From the IMG/VR virus record IMGVR_UViG_3300025407_000799, positions 1-64,000 of that record: 64,000 nucleotides of DNA, one strand, 5' to 3'. This document shows positions 43,859 through 53,725 of the stretch, piece after piece. The stretch is from a virus. Under the pieces are notes generated by a model, which had not been told where the DNA came from, did not search any database, and was given only the letters and a program-made list of their open reading frames with translations. The translations under genes were made by a program, and so were the position numbers. Each line of letters begins with the position of its first letter. Position 1 is the stretch's first letter.

Positions 43859-44850
43859 ACTATGTTCCTTGTTAATTTATTGTATACGTTATCGCAATGA
43901 TTACACTCTGTTCCGCATACTGTTTTACAATTATTAGTTAGTTGATTAAAACCCTGCTCTGTAATTTCATTTATCAATATATTTGCAAGACCAAAATTAC
44001 CAGTAGTACTTAATAAATCTCCAAACTGAATATTTCCACTACCTTTTTGATATGCATCGATAACTTTATACCAACGCATTATTGGAAATCCTCTACCTGC
44101 AATTTTAATAGTATCTACCATGTCTCCAAATTTGTCTAAATCATTGGGAAATGTAAAAGCTGTTTTTAACCATTCGGATGGTTTATCATTAAAATATTTT
44201 ACACATCCAAGTGTATTATGTACCTTAGTAGTTATGTCACGTTTATCTTGAAATTTAACTTGGCTAATAATAAGGTCGTCCCATTGTTTCCATTTGCAAT
44301 CTACAATACAACCTTCGTTAACTAACATAGTAATTTTAATATTATGCTGTTTAGCATAGTCACTCATTTTTTTAAGTGTATCTAAATCTCGATTCAAACT
44401 ACGGTCAACTATTATACTAGTAACTTGTAAAACTTCATGCATAAAAATAAAATCTTTAAGTGTACGCACTAGATTGTTTACACTATTTTTTAAAATTAAA
44501 TCTGGCTTGTGTTGGCGAAAATCATTAATGATACCAGCTCTTAGCAAATATGTATTATTAAGAGTTACAATGTCAGCATCGATATCTTTTACATGAGCAA
44601 TTAAATCTGGAACTTGTTCGTAAAACTCATTACTATAAACGCTTGGGTTCACTAAGTAGTGTAGTTTAATTCCGTATTTTTCTCTGATAGCATATAGCTC
44701 GGTGAACATTTCTTTATTACCAAATATAGTTCTTGCACTACCAAATTTATTGTCGCTGAAATATACATCAGTAATTGATGTTATATCCAGGTCAGGAAGT
44801 GCATCGAGCATACCTGGAGTGTAAGGAACGCTAAATTTACGGATTATAGA
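43855..44850 (-). CDS. Peptidase U32-family (Fe-S/TIM-barrel) protein
   Basis: VDRSLNRD, LVNEGCIVDC, LGC, IKIAGR, C-terminal CKTVC...C..C; start re-called at MSIIRKF. Confidence 0.72.
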   Translation of the reverse strand, partial: SIIRKFSVPYTPGMLDALPDLDITSITDVYFSDNKFGSARTIFGNKEMFTELYAIREKYGIKLHYLVNPSVYSNEFYEQVPDLIAHVKDIDADIVTLNNTYLLRAGIINDFRQHKPDLILKNSVNNLVRTLKDFIFMHEVLQVTSIIVDRSLNRDLDTLKKMSDYAKQHNIKITMLVNEGCIVDCKWKQWDDLIISQVKFQDKRDITTKVHNTLGCVKYFNDKPSEWLKTAFTFPNDLDKFGDMVDTIKIAGRGFPIMRWYKVIDAYQKGSGNIQFGDLLSTTGNFGLANILINEITEQGFNQLTNNCKTVCGTECNHCDNVYNKLTRNIV

Positions 44851-47800
44851 CATTGTTTGTTCTGCTTCCAATTCCAATCCAGCCAGCTGTAATACTAGTT
44901 CCGTGATACCAGTGATCTCCAGATATAGTTAGATAAATGGTAAAAAATCCATAATAATAACTATTTCTATCGTAAGAAGAAGGAGTTACTGATACACTCC
45001 ATTGTGCTGGAGATAATCCGTAATAGCTAATACGTGCATCATATATATTTGATAAGCTAGCCATGACATTTAAATCATAATTGCCTTTCCAGCGAAGATT
45101 ATTTGAATCATTACTTAAACCAAGATAGCTACCAAGGTCTACAGTAAATGTAACCGTACCAGTAGTACCGTATTCGCTCAATGTTGCATTAGTTATAGTA
45201 GTACCCCACCCTGATCCAAATCCGCTAGTTGTACTTGAACTTGAACTAGAATATGCTGTATACAAATCTATAGATCCAACAATAGTTTGTACTATATTTT
45301 GTAATTGTGCCTGCGGGCTAGCAATTTGACGAGGTATCGAAGGAGTATTTGATAAATCATTATAATCTCCAGTAGCAGCAACTCTAGCAAGAGTATTACC
45401 AAAATTTACATCAGTAAGAATCTTTGCCCATGGACTCCAAGTAGTACCTGTATCTCTGCGACTACGTATAAAGTTGTCTGAATGAGCACCAGTTGAACCA
45501 CTCCAGCCAACTAATAGTTCTCCGCCACCACCACCGCCTAAGGTAATTAAATTACCGTATGTAGTCGGATAGCCTGGATTATTATAAACTCCACGTAGTG
45601 TTAATTCGTTACGAGGTTCGTAGGTTGAATTATCTTCTGGCCCAATGACTCCCGAAGTATTGAGAACATTGGCTGAACCAGCATTACCAGATACGTTACC
45701 TGTAACATTACCTGTAACATCACCAATTACAGCTCCGCGATGTGTTCCGTAACTATCACCTTGTAATGTGCCACTAAATGTTGTAGCTGTTAATGTACCA
45801 TTTTGTACATTAAATGACAATCCTGTATTGTAAATTGATTCATTTTGTCCTGGAAATGCAGTGCCAACTTCACTTGCACCTAATAGATAGTAAGTGCCAA
45901 CGCCGGCTGTTTGATTTAAAAACAAGTGTGCTGCATTTACAGAATTAGAAGCTGTATCTGCATTGCCAAATAAATTACCAGTTACATTGCCTGTAACATT
46001 GCCAGTATGCAAACCAGTAGTATTACCTGTTACGTTACCTGTAACATTTCCAGTTAAATTGCCTGTAACATTACCAACTACGTTTCCTTGGAAATGATCT
46101 GTAGCTGTATGCACAGCGCCTGTAACATTACCAGCAACATTGCCAGTTACATTACCAGTTACATTTCCTGTTACATTACCTACAATATTTGCAGAAGTAT
46201 AACCTATTTGATTCGTAGAAGAATTAAAAACTTGTGTATTGTTAGAACCGTACAGACTACCAGTTACATTTCCTGTAACATTGCCAGTATGCAAACCAGT
46301 AGTATTACCAGTTACATTACCAGCAACATTGCCAGTTACATTACCAGTTACATTACCAACTACATTTCCTTGGAAATGATCAGTAGCTGTATGTACAGCA
46401 CCAGTTACATTACCAGCAACATTGCCAGTTACATTACCAGTTACATTACCAACTACATTTCCTTGGAAATGATCAGTAGCAATATGAACGCTACCTGTAA
46501 TATTACCAGCAACATTGCCAGTTACACTACCAGTTAACGGTCCAGTAAATGATCCAAAAATTGGAGCTCCATTAAATCCAAAAGTTCCTGCATTATAATT
46601 AAACCACAATATGTTGTTTGATGAATAAAGATCTCCATTTAAAGATCCAAAAGTTGGACCGTAATGAATTCCAGTAGTTTCTCCGCTAATATTAATGTTC
46701 CAAGTGACTGTATTATTATCGTTAAAAACAAAGTTTGTAGGTTTATCTGGGATATTTGCCCAGTGTACTAACAAAGCTAAATCAGCTGTTACAGCTGAGG
46801 TAGCTGAGTTAGCATGATCTGCATTAGTAGCCGTAGTCGCATTACCGTAAAAGTTAGGAGCGGTTACGGCATTAGCTGAAATATTCGCACTTGAAATATT
46901 GTTAACATTAATGTTTCCAGATCCATCTCTAACAACAATAGTATTGATTGTTGGTAATCCTGGAGCTCCAACACTTGCTTGTCTATAATATCCACTTACA
47001 TTTAATAAATTTGATTGAGCTGCTGTACCGGTAAATGTGTTTGCATATACTGTTCCAAATTGTAATGAATTGCTTCCTAAATTTGAACTACTCAATCCTG
47101 TTGGTAAAATATTTCCGCCAATAATTTGTATAGCCCCGGCATTATTTTGTAAGGTTAGTGTATTACTATCGGGAGCATAAACTGTAGGACCATATTGACT
47201 ATTTGATAAAGTCAAAACTGGTAATGTTGTACCAATAACAATACCTTCATCTGGGAATTTAGTCAGTGTAGGAAATACTGTATCTACTAAAGGTGCATAA
47301 AAACTTGGAAGATTATTTCCAAGTTTATTAGCATTTGTAATAGTACCGTGATATTCATAAGAATTGTTTATTGTTACACCTGAATAGATTATAGGAAATC
47401 CAGGTATTGCAGGACTAGGAGTAAAATCAGCATCTGCGTTTACAATGAATAAAGTTGTACCGTTAACTACAGCTCGTTGTACAGCATGAGCATGGCTTGG
47501 TATAGCATTATCTGTTATTGCAACACTTTGCATTTGTGTTGCCGCGAATCCAGTAACACTTTGTGGGCCAACCATTGTATAGTTAGATCCATTATAAACA
47601 TTTAACTGATTGTTAGTGGTATCATACCACATATCACCCAGTGTTGCACTTACTGGTTGTGTACTACTAACATTGTTAATTGCTATGGTTTTCCATAACT
47701 TGTTTGTTTCGTCAAAATAAACATTTAATTTTAAATTTGTAGGAGTAGAGTCAAACCACACTTGCCCTAAAATAGGTCTTGGAGGAGGATTTTGATAAGC

Positions 47801-47956
47801 AAAATGTTCAAGTAACCATACTAAGTCATCATTCAATGCCTGACCGTAGCCAGAATGATTCTTACCAACTAGAGTAATATCTAGTGAGTTATCGACTGTC
47901 CCGTCAACAACCGTAGCAAGCGGTTGTTTATTATATCGGGTTATTGAATATGCCAT
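44837..47956 (-). CDS. Long tail fibre with GNVT-repeat shaft and knob-like domain
   Basis: Shared fibre N-terminus; dozens of GNV[TAV] units; GYPTTYG...GELLVGW...FIRSRRD...WSPWAKI knob-like segment. Confidence 0.85.
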   Translation of the reverse strand: MAYSITRYNKQPLATVVDGTVDNSLDITLVGKNHSGYGQALNDDLVWLLEHFAYQNPPPRPILGQVWFDSTPTNLKLNVYFDETNKLWKTIAINNVSSTQPVSATLGDMWYDTTNNQLNVYNGSNYTMVGPQSVTGFAATQMQSVAITDNAIPSHAHAVQRAVVNGTTLFIVNADADFTPSPAIPGFPIIYSGVTINNSYEYHGTITNANKLGNNLPSFYAPLVDTVFPTLTKFPDEGIVIGTTLPVLTLSNSQYGPTVYAPDSNTLTLQNNAGAIQIIGGNILPTGLSSSNLGSNSLQFGTVYANTFTGTAAQSNLLNVSGYYRQASVGAPGLPTINTIVVRDGSGNINVNNISSANISANAVTAPNFYGNATTATNADHANSATSAVTADLALLVHWANIPDKPTNFVFNDNNTVTWNINISGETTGIHYGPTFGSLNGDLYSSNNILWFNYNAGTFGFNGAPIFGSFTGPLTGSVTGNVAGNITGSVHIATDHFQGNVVGNVTGNVTGNVAGNVTGAVHTATDHFQGNVVGNVTGNVTGNVAGNVTGNTTGLHTGNVTGNVTGSLYGSNNTQVFNSSTNQIGYTSANIVGNVTGNVTGNVTGNVAGNVTGAVHTATDHFQGNVVGNVTGNLTGNVTGNVTGNTTGLHTGNVTGNVTGNLFGNADTASNSVNAAHLFLNQTAGVGTYYLLGASEVGTAFPGQNESIYNTGLSFNVQNGTLTATTFSGTLQGDSYGTHRGAVIGDVTGNVTGNVSGNAGSANVLNTSGVIGPEDNSTYEPRNELTLRGVYNNPGYPTTYGNLITLGGGGGGELLVGWSGSTGAHSDNFIRSRRDTGTTWSPWAKILTDVNFGNTLARVAATGDYNDLSNTPSIPRQIASPQAQLQNIVQTIVGSIDLYTAYSSSSSSTTSGFGSGWGTTITNATLSEYGTTGTVTFTVDLGSYLGLSNDSNNLRWKGNYDLNVMASLSNIYDARISYYGLSPAQWSVSVTPSSYDRNSYYYGFFTIYLTISGDHWYHGTSITAGWIGIGSRTNNVYNP
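45975..46545 (-). repeat. 12-nt coding tandem repeats (GNVT) with higher-order duplications
   Basis: Repeated ttaccagttaca / ttaccagcaaca; H[IT]ATDHFQGNVVGNVTG x3; NTTGLHTGNVTGNVTG x2. Confidence 0.9.
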
Positions 47957-47992
47957 CTTTATCGCTCCGTATATCTTTTATTTGTTTTCATC

Positions 47993-49144
47993 TTACCAAC
48001 TAGTACTACTTAATGGTGATCTCTTCCATAAATTTTCAGCAATACAAACATAAATCCAATTTGAATCCCATACTATTTGTCCTGGATGGCCTGTACTAGT
48101 CGATGTTGGAGGAACCGTAGTGTCACTAAGTCCGCCGTATGTAACTGTATTTCTTATTCTAAATGTACCATTAACGTCTAAAGTTGCTGTTGGTAAGTTT
48201 GTATAAATTCCAGTAAACTGTTGTTGAGCGTCGATAAAAAATGCAGACTGATTAGAAGAACTTGTGTTTCTTAAATTTATATCAAAATTTTGATTGTCTG
48301 TTGTTGATTTAATTTGGAATGTTACTGGTCCTGAATACTCAGGTTGAACGCTAATTTCTATATTGCCGCTTGGGCCTAGTACTAGTTGCTTGTTAGCTTT
48401 AATATACAAACCGCCTAAGCCACTAGAATCAGTATCAATAATACTATTTCCTGTTGTTTGTACAAAAGAAGAGGATGTATAATTATTAACTCCGTCAGTT
48501 AAAGACTCTGCCGTATTTGCAGGAACATCAAACATAATACCTGGATACGAACTTACATTAAATCCTGGAACTAGACTGGTTGGATATGTATTTTCTAAAC
48601 CTTGATTAGATTGTGGGACAAATGAATCTTTAGAAAATACACCAAGTAATTGAGAATTAACTCGTAGTTCTACTACTACATGATTCAAACTATTAACATC
48701 TAAAACATCTAAAACATTAAAACCAGAAGCTTTTTGATTAGCTGTATAAATGGGTCCTGCAAGTATTGGTCCTGAATTCGAACCATCGCTAAAGAATAAT
48801 TGCTGATTTGTACTATCAACCCAAAAGTCACCTGCTGACAAACTACTAGGAGGTGTTGTGCTTACTGTTGTACCTCCAGCAACATTAAACGATTGTGAAT
48901 CGCTGTCATATACTTTTAATTTTTTTGTAGATGTGTCAAACCATAACTGACCCATTAATGGATTATTAGGTTGTGTAGTATTTGCAAAATTTTCTAATAG
49001 ATGAACAAAATTATCATTTAAAGATAAACCGTATGCAGTGGCATTTTTACCTATTAAGGTTAAATCTGTTGTTAGCTGATCAACGGTTCCATCTAGAACC
49101 GATGTTAATTGTGTTCCATCAGTTTTAATTATTGGGTATGCCAT
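47993..49144 (-). CDS. Tail fibre protein with shared N-terminal module
   Basis: DLTLIGKN..AYG..LNDNF..LLENFA...GQLWFD; C-terminal G.PGQIVWDSNWIYVC....WKR. Confidence 0.8.
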   Translation of the reverse strand: MAYPIIKTDGTQLTSVLDGTVDQLTTDLTLIGKNATAYGLSLNDNFVHLLENFANTTQPNNPLMGQLWFDTSTKKLKVYDSDSQSFNVAGGTTVSTTPPSSLSAGDFWVDSTNQQLFFSDGSNSGPILAGPIYTANQKASGFNVLDVLDVNSLNHVVVELRVNSQLLGVFSKDSFVPQSNQGLENTYPTSLVPGFNVSSYPGIMFDVPANTAESLTDGVNNYTSSSFVQTTGNSIIDTDSSGLGGLYIKANKQLVLGPSGNIEISVQPEYSGPVTFQIKSTTDNQNFDINLRNTSSSNQSAFFIDAQQQFTGIYTNLPTATLDVNGTFRIRNTVTYGGLSDTTVPPTSTSTGHPGQIVWDSNWIYVCIAENLWKRSPLSSTSW

Positions 49145-51306
49145 TATATGTTAGCTCCGGTATAGATGATGTAGTTAATAGCAAGATATGGATTCATCAC
49201 ATTCACTGCTTGTCCTGTAACTGTTGCTCCAGTAGAAGAATCAACAACCGGTCCAGCAGATGGTAAACCTCGTGTTAGGCCGGTTGTACTGGCCAAACCA
49301 TGTCCAATTACTGTTGGATTGCCATCCGGTGTACTTGTAGTATCACCAACTGCATAGTATTGAATACCTTTAGGACTATTTAAGTTATGAGTATGCTGTG
49401 GAAGCTGACTTGTCGATAGTGCAACACTTGAACGTCCTGGGCCAGTTAAACTGTCTGATCCTGCTCCAAGGTTATCTGCGGTAGTTTCACTAACTCTGTT
49501 TGCCGCACTGCCTACTGTATAGACGCTAGATGATCCACCGCTTGCTGGAACTTTGATATTATTATTCATATTATCAAGTCCAAGTGGGAAACGTCCTCTT
49601 AAATCAGGTAACTTAAATGTACCAGCACCTAATAATCCTGCACTAGATCCGTTACTGTAGGTATATCCAATTAATTTATACAAATCTGTATAGATACTTT
49701 GCAATACTTCACTACCATCACATAATAAGAAACCGGCCGGAACAGCTGAAGCAGGGCCTGCAAATGGTAATATACAACCAATTGGAACCAATGGAACATG
49801 TTTAAAAAATGTTTGTTTGGTCATTTGAGCAAGTGACTGTGTTCCTTGCTTATATACTAATAATGTGTCTGGAAAAGATGAATTAAGAGTACTAGAATCA
49901 CTTGATACTTGTTGATTTGTAATAAAATTTGTACTGATTACAGTATTAAAAGTAGCTGTACCGTCTAGACTTGCTCCATTAAATGAAACAGAATTACTTG
50001 TAACATCGCCTGTTAATTTAAAAATAGTAGGATTAGCTAGTTGTGTCGCACTACCGTCAACGGCACCAGTTACATATCCTGCAAATGTTCCACTAAAATT
50101 TCCTACAAAATTTTGAGCGTAGATATTTCTAAATTTTAATGTACTACTACCAATATCATATACTTGTGTGGCCGTTGGAAGTAGTGCTGATCCAGAAGTT
50201 GGAGTACCATTTGAATTCCAATTAATATATAATTGACCGCCAATATAAGTATCGTCGTTTAAATTACTTACACCTGTTACTGTCGACGATCCTGTAATTG
50301 TTTGATTGCCACCAATGTCAATATTTCCACTAACTTTTACATTACCTATTACATCTAACGCGGCAGATGCAGAAGGACTTGGATTGTTTATACCCACTTG
50401 TCCGTTAGCATTTACTTGAATAACTGTATTTGTAGTATTTGTAGAATCAGTTAAAACAAAAGATATGTTATTATTAGGGTTACTAGAAACTAACTGTGTC
50501 GATACACCAGTTGTTTTGATTTGAAAACTCAAATCACTACCAAGTTTTATACCATCGTTAACTTGAATATTTAAAGGACTGTTACTGGTACTAGCAACAT
50601 CTCCTCTTAAAAAATTTGTTGAAGCAATTACTTTATTATTAACAAGCAATCCGTTTGCCGATTGTGCTGTTCCCCATAGACCTGCACTAGCACCTAATGC
50701 AGGATCTGTACCGTCGCTGAATAAATTTACACCTTTCTTTATAGATGCAAAACCATTTAAACTTGTTTTAGGAATAAAACTATCTTGGCTTACTATTGCA
50801 ACTCTACTACCAGATGCATAAAATGTAACAACAAAATGAGGTTGATTACCAGTGTCAATAATTTCTTCTGCAACCGGACCTGTTGAAGATCCTGAACTAA
50901 ATTGCGGACCTACCAAAATCCAACTTGATCCAGAATATACATATAACTGACTAGTAGCGGTGTTAACCCAAATATCTCCGCTAACTGGACTTAAAATATC
51001 TGAACTACTACTGGCTTTTTTAATTGCACCTGCTGGATTCCATGTCCCGCCATCATATACTTTTAAAAGACTATTGGCATTATCATACCATAGTTGTCCT
51101 TGTACAGGATTTGAAGGAGGTGTTGGATTGGCAAAATTTTCTAATATATGTAAAAAATCTGTTGCAATTAGTTGACCATAACCGCTATTATAGTTTTTAC
51201 CTACAAATGTTATACTGGTACTGGTAGAATCAATTTTTTGATCTTCTACAGTAATAGGAGGCTTATTTGGATTGTTTAACTCAGTATATTGAATTTTATA
51301 AGACAT
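49144..51306 (-). CDS. Tail fibre with phage tail collar domain (gp12-like)
   Basis: Shared N-terminus; PIGCILPFAG...P.GFLLCDG...FKLPDLRGRFPLG; QLPQHTH; MNPYLAINYII. Confidence 0.88.
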   Translation of the reverse strand: MSYKIQYTELNNPNKPPITVEDQKIDSTSTSITFVGKNYNSGYGQLIATDFLHILENFANPTPPSNPVQGQLWYDNANSLLKVYDGGTWNPAGAIKKASSSSDILSPVSGDIWVNTATSQLYVYSGSSWILVGPQFSSGSSTGPVAEEIIDTGNQPHFVVTFYASGSRVAIVSQDSFIPKTSLNGFASIKKGVNLFSDGTDPALGASAGLWGTAQSANGLLVNNKVIASTNFLRGDVASTSNSPLNIQVNDGIKLGSDLSFQIKTTGVSTQLVSSNPNNNISFVLTDSTNTTNTVIQVNANGQVGINNPSPSASAALDVIGNVKVSGNIDIGGNQTITGSSTVTGVSNLNDDTYIGGQLYINWNSNGTPTSGSALLPTATQVYDIGSSTLKFRNIYAQNFVGNFSGTFAGYVTGAVDGSATQLANPTIFKLTGDVTSNSVSFNGASLDGTATFNTVISTNFITNQQVSSDSSTLNSSFPDTLLVYKQGTQSLAQMTKQTFFKHVPLVPIGCILPFAGPASAVPAGFLLCDGSEVLQSIYTDLYKLIGYTYSNGSSAGLLGAGTFKLPDLRGRFPLGLDNMNNNIKVPASGGSSSVYTVGSAANRVSETTADNLGAGSDSLTGPGRSSVALSTSQLPQHTHNLNSPKGIQYYAVGDTTSTPDGNPTVIGHGLASTTGLTRGLPSAGPVVDSSTGATVTGQAVNVMNPYLAINYIIYTGANI

Positions 51307-51309
51307 CGA

Positions 51310-51918
51310 TTATACTCCTACTAGGCCAGTTAGACTTTGAATACGTACTGTATAATCAATTTGAATCAAACGATTTAAACTTTTTAGTACCGGATGGAAT
51401 ACAACGTGAGTTAATAACAAACTTTGTCCAGTACTACTATAACTTTGTAAACCTAATTCATCGAATACATAAGTGTTAACACCGTCGCTGTTTGTATCAT
51501 AAGCAGCTTGACCGCTAGGCTCTCCGTAATCTAATAAACAAGTACAAAAAATATCAGTATAATTTTGACCAGTTACGTGGCGTACTTCAGTAAAATTACG
51601 TGTTGGATCCACATTGGTACTTGAACTAGGATCAATTACCTTGCTATAAGTTTGATTATAAAGACTAGCATTAGTTCCACTGCTATTTGGAGTTAGATAT
51701 GTAATAATTCCTGTAGGGTCAATACTAGTTCCGCCGTTACCAAATGCAATATTATATACAAAGCCGTTTCCGCTGTTAGTCATAGCTTCAACAATAGCTA
51801 TACTCATATTTTCATAATGAATAGCATTACGTTTGTTGATGTAAATTTCGTTAGAAATTGGGTCATAAATTTTAATATGACCTTCTATATGAATCCCTGT
51901 TGCGTCTTTAGTCTGCAT
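51310..51918 (-). CDS. Conserved virion structural (baseplate-associated) protein
   Basis: GHIKIYD...NAIH...LDYGEP...FDELGL...HVVFHPVLKS.NR; position within the tail module. Confidence 0.65.
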   Translation of the reverse strand: MQTKDATGIHIEGHIKIYDPISNEIYINKRNAIHYENMSIAIVEAMTNSGNGFVYNIAFGNGGTSIDPTGIITYLTPNSSGTNASLYNQTYSKVIDPSSSTNVDPTRNFTEVRHVTGQNYTDIFCTCLLDYGEPSGQAAYDTNSDGVNTYVFDELGLQSYSSTGQSLLLTHVVFHPVLKSLNRLIQIDYTVRIQSLTGLVGV

Positions 51919-51938
51919 ATCTATCTCTCTTTATCTTA

Positions 51939-51946
51939 TATTTATC
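51939..51946 (-). promoter_or_regulatory. T4-like late promoter
   Basis: GATAAATA on the minus strand, 20 nt upstream of ATG 51918. Confidence 0.65.
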
Positions 51947-51977
51947 AACGGATATAATCTGGTAGTTTAATCCCGTT

Positions 51978-53720
51978 TTAGGCATTATTTCTTGTTTTTA
52001 TGGTAACAAAGTTGTAGTCTCGAGACGAAGCTTTGTTAGTAAAGACGTAAGTTCCTGTTCCAGCTACAAATGTTACCCAATCAGTTAAGGTTGGATTCAA
52101 ATTAGTTGTACCCAATAACACTGGATCAGATCCACTGCCCATTATGTAAGTGTATACATATCCGTTATCGTTATCGTTGATAATAATCATACCACTAAAA
52201 CTTGTAAAAGTAACAGTATCGTTTGTATTCAAAGTTATTACACCTGCGGCACTAGCATCGATATTAACATTATTGTTTGTAGGCGGTAAAGATAGCATAC
52301 CTCCTGATTTAAACGACCAGTTTGTTATGGCGCCATCTGCTGTAATGGCTACTTCAGTATTGTCATGCAAGTAAACTTCTGCGAAATTAGGAGATGAGGT
52401 ATTAGTAAAGATATCAATTATATTAGTATCAGAAGTCATCGCCCCGTTAGCTAATTTTAAAGATCCGTCAATTCCGCTCAAACTAGTTGTAAACAAGGTG
52501 CTAGTACCGTGTTTGATATTAACACTGCCGTTTGTTGTACCAATGTCCATATTTCTAGATACATTGTTTTCACTAGATCCTCCAGAGCTAGCTAACAACG
52601 ATACGGTTGCTGTACCAGGGGAAGCAAACGATGCATCTATAGAAAACACAGATAACCCAGCTGTGTTATTGAAATTCAAAACAGAATTATAAGATCCTGA
52701 AGTAGCAGAAGTTTGTATTGAGATTGATTCTTTAACTAATACATTTTCATCAATTTCAACTGTAGAATTTCCAGTGGAAGTTATTGTACTACCAGTAAAT
52801 ACAAAATTTCCAATAGAAGGAATACTAGGTGTATGCGATAGATCTCTATAGTCCCCACTAGTTGCAACTGTAGAAAGTGTTGGAGTTCCAGACAAATCAC
52901 TGTAACTACCGCTAGTTGCTACTGTTGCAAGAGACGGTTTGTTAGTTAAACTATTATAATTTCCATTGAATGCAGATGAGCTTAATTGATAAACACTTAG
53001 ATCTGGCTTACCAGTTAAATCTGCATAGGCTCCGCTGAACAATGATGGCTTACCAGTTAGATCTGAATATGCACCACTAAACAATGATGGCTTACCAGTT
53101 AGATCTGAATAAGCACCGCTGAATAATGATGGCTTATTAGATAAATCGTTGTAACTACCGCTAGTTGCCACTGTAGAAAGTGATGGTTTATTTGACAAAT
53201 CATTGTAACTACCACTAGTTGCTACTGAAGCAAGTGTTGGTTTATTTAAAATTCTAGAAATTCCAGAACTAGAATTCCAGTCACTATTAACTTGTGCGGC
53301 TGGAATTGTAGGTAAATTCAATAAATCGTTATAGCTGCCACTAGTAGCCACAGCAGCAAATACAGGTTTATTCAATAGACTTTGATAACTTCCAGTAGTT
53401 GCTACAGCACTAAGTACCGGTGCACCTGTAAGTTTAGAATAAGCTAAACTAGTAATCCAAATTGGATTACTATACTGACCCGATGCTACTAGTAAATTAT
53501 CTACGGTGATAGGCGATGCTGTCCAACTTAAAGATAATCCGTCAGTAGTTAACAAACCATTTTGAAAGTTTGTTTGCGGAGGTAATGTAAGTCCGGTTAA
53601 GGAAGTTACTTTTGTATACAAGTCTGTAAAATTATCATTTATTTTGACTGAGGCAACACGCAATGTGTCGCCGGTGCCGTCATTAACTGAATTTCCATAA
53701 TTTAAAATTTGTTGTGTCAT
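51978..53720 (-). CDS. Baseplate/fibre protein with T4 gp9/gp10-like N-terminus and ATSGSYNDL repeats
   Basis: NDGTGDTLR...KINDNF.DLY; repeated VATSGSYxDLxNKP. Confidence 0.8.
   Translation of the reverse strand: MTQQILNYGNSVNDGTGDTLRVASVKINDNFTDLYTKVTSLTGLTLPPQTNFQNGLLTTDGLSLSWTASPITVDNLLVASGQYSNPIWITSLAYSKLTGAPVLSAVATTGSYQSLLNKPVFAAVATSGSYNDLLNLPTIPAAQVNSDWNSSSGISRILNKPTLASVATSGSYNDLSNKPSLSTVATSGSYNDLSNKPSLFSGAYSDLTGKPSLFSGAYSDLTGKPSLFSGAYADLTGKPDLSVYQLSSSAFNGNYNSLTNKPSLATVATSGSYSDLSGTPTLSTVATSGDYRDLSHTPSIPSIGNFVFTGSTITSTGNSTVEIDENVLVKESISIQTSATSGSYNSVLNFNNTAGLSVFSIDASFASPGTATVSLLASSGGSSENNVSRNMDIGTTNGSVNIKHGTSTLFTTSLSGIDGSLKLANGAMTSDTNIIDIFTNTSSPNFAEVYLHDNTEVAITADGAITNWSFKSGGMLSLPPTNNNVNIDASAAGVITLNTNDTVTFTSFSGMIIINDNDNGYVYTYIMGSGSDPVLLGTTNLNPTLTDWVTFVAGTGTYVFTNKASSRDYNFVTIKTRNNA
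52835..53440 (-). repeat. Coding tandem repeats: ~19-aa VATSGSYNDLSNKP units and 14-aa PSLFSGAYSDLTGK x3
   Basis: Visible in both DNA (e.g. ggcttaccagttagatctgaat repeats) and protein. Confidence 0.88.
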
Positions 53721-53725
53721 TTTTT

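Noticed and set aside
46088-46537. 149-aa plus-strand repetitive ORF (SYIT/SNIA)
   Set aside because: Antisense reading of the GNVT repeat array.
45975-46545. Possible CRISPR array or DGR repeat pair
   Set aside because: The repeats are in-frame 12-nt coding units without unique spacers; no cas or reverse transcriptase gene in the window and no adenine-specific mismatch pattern was noticed.
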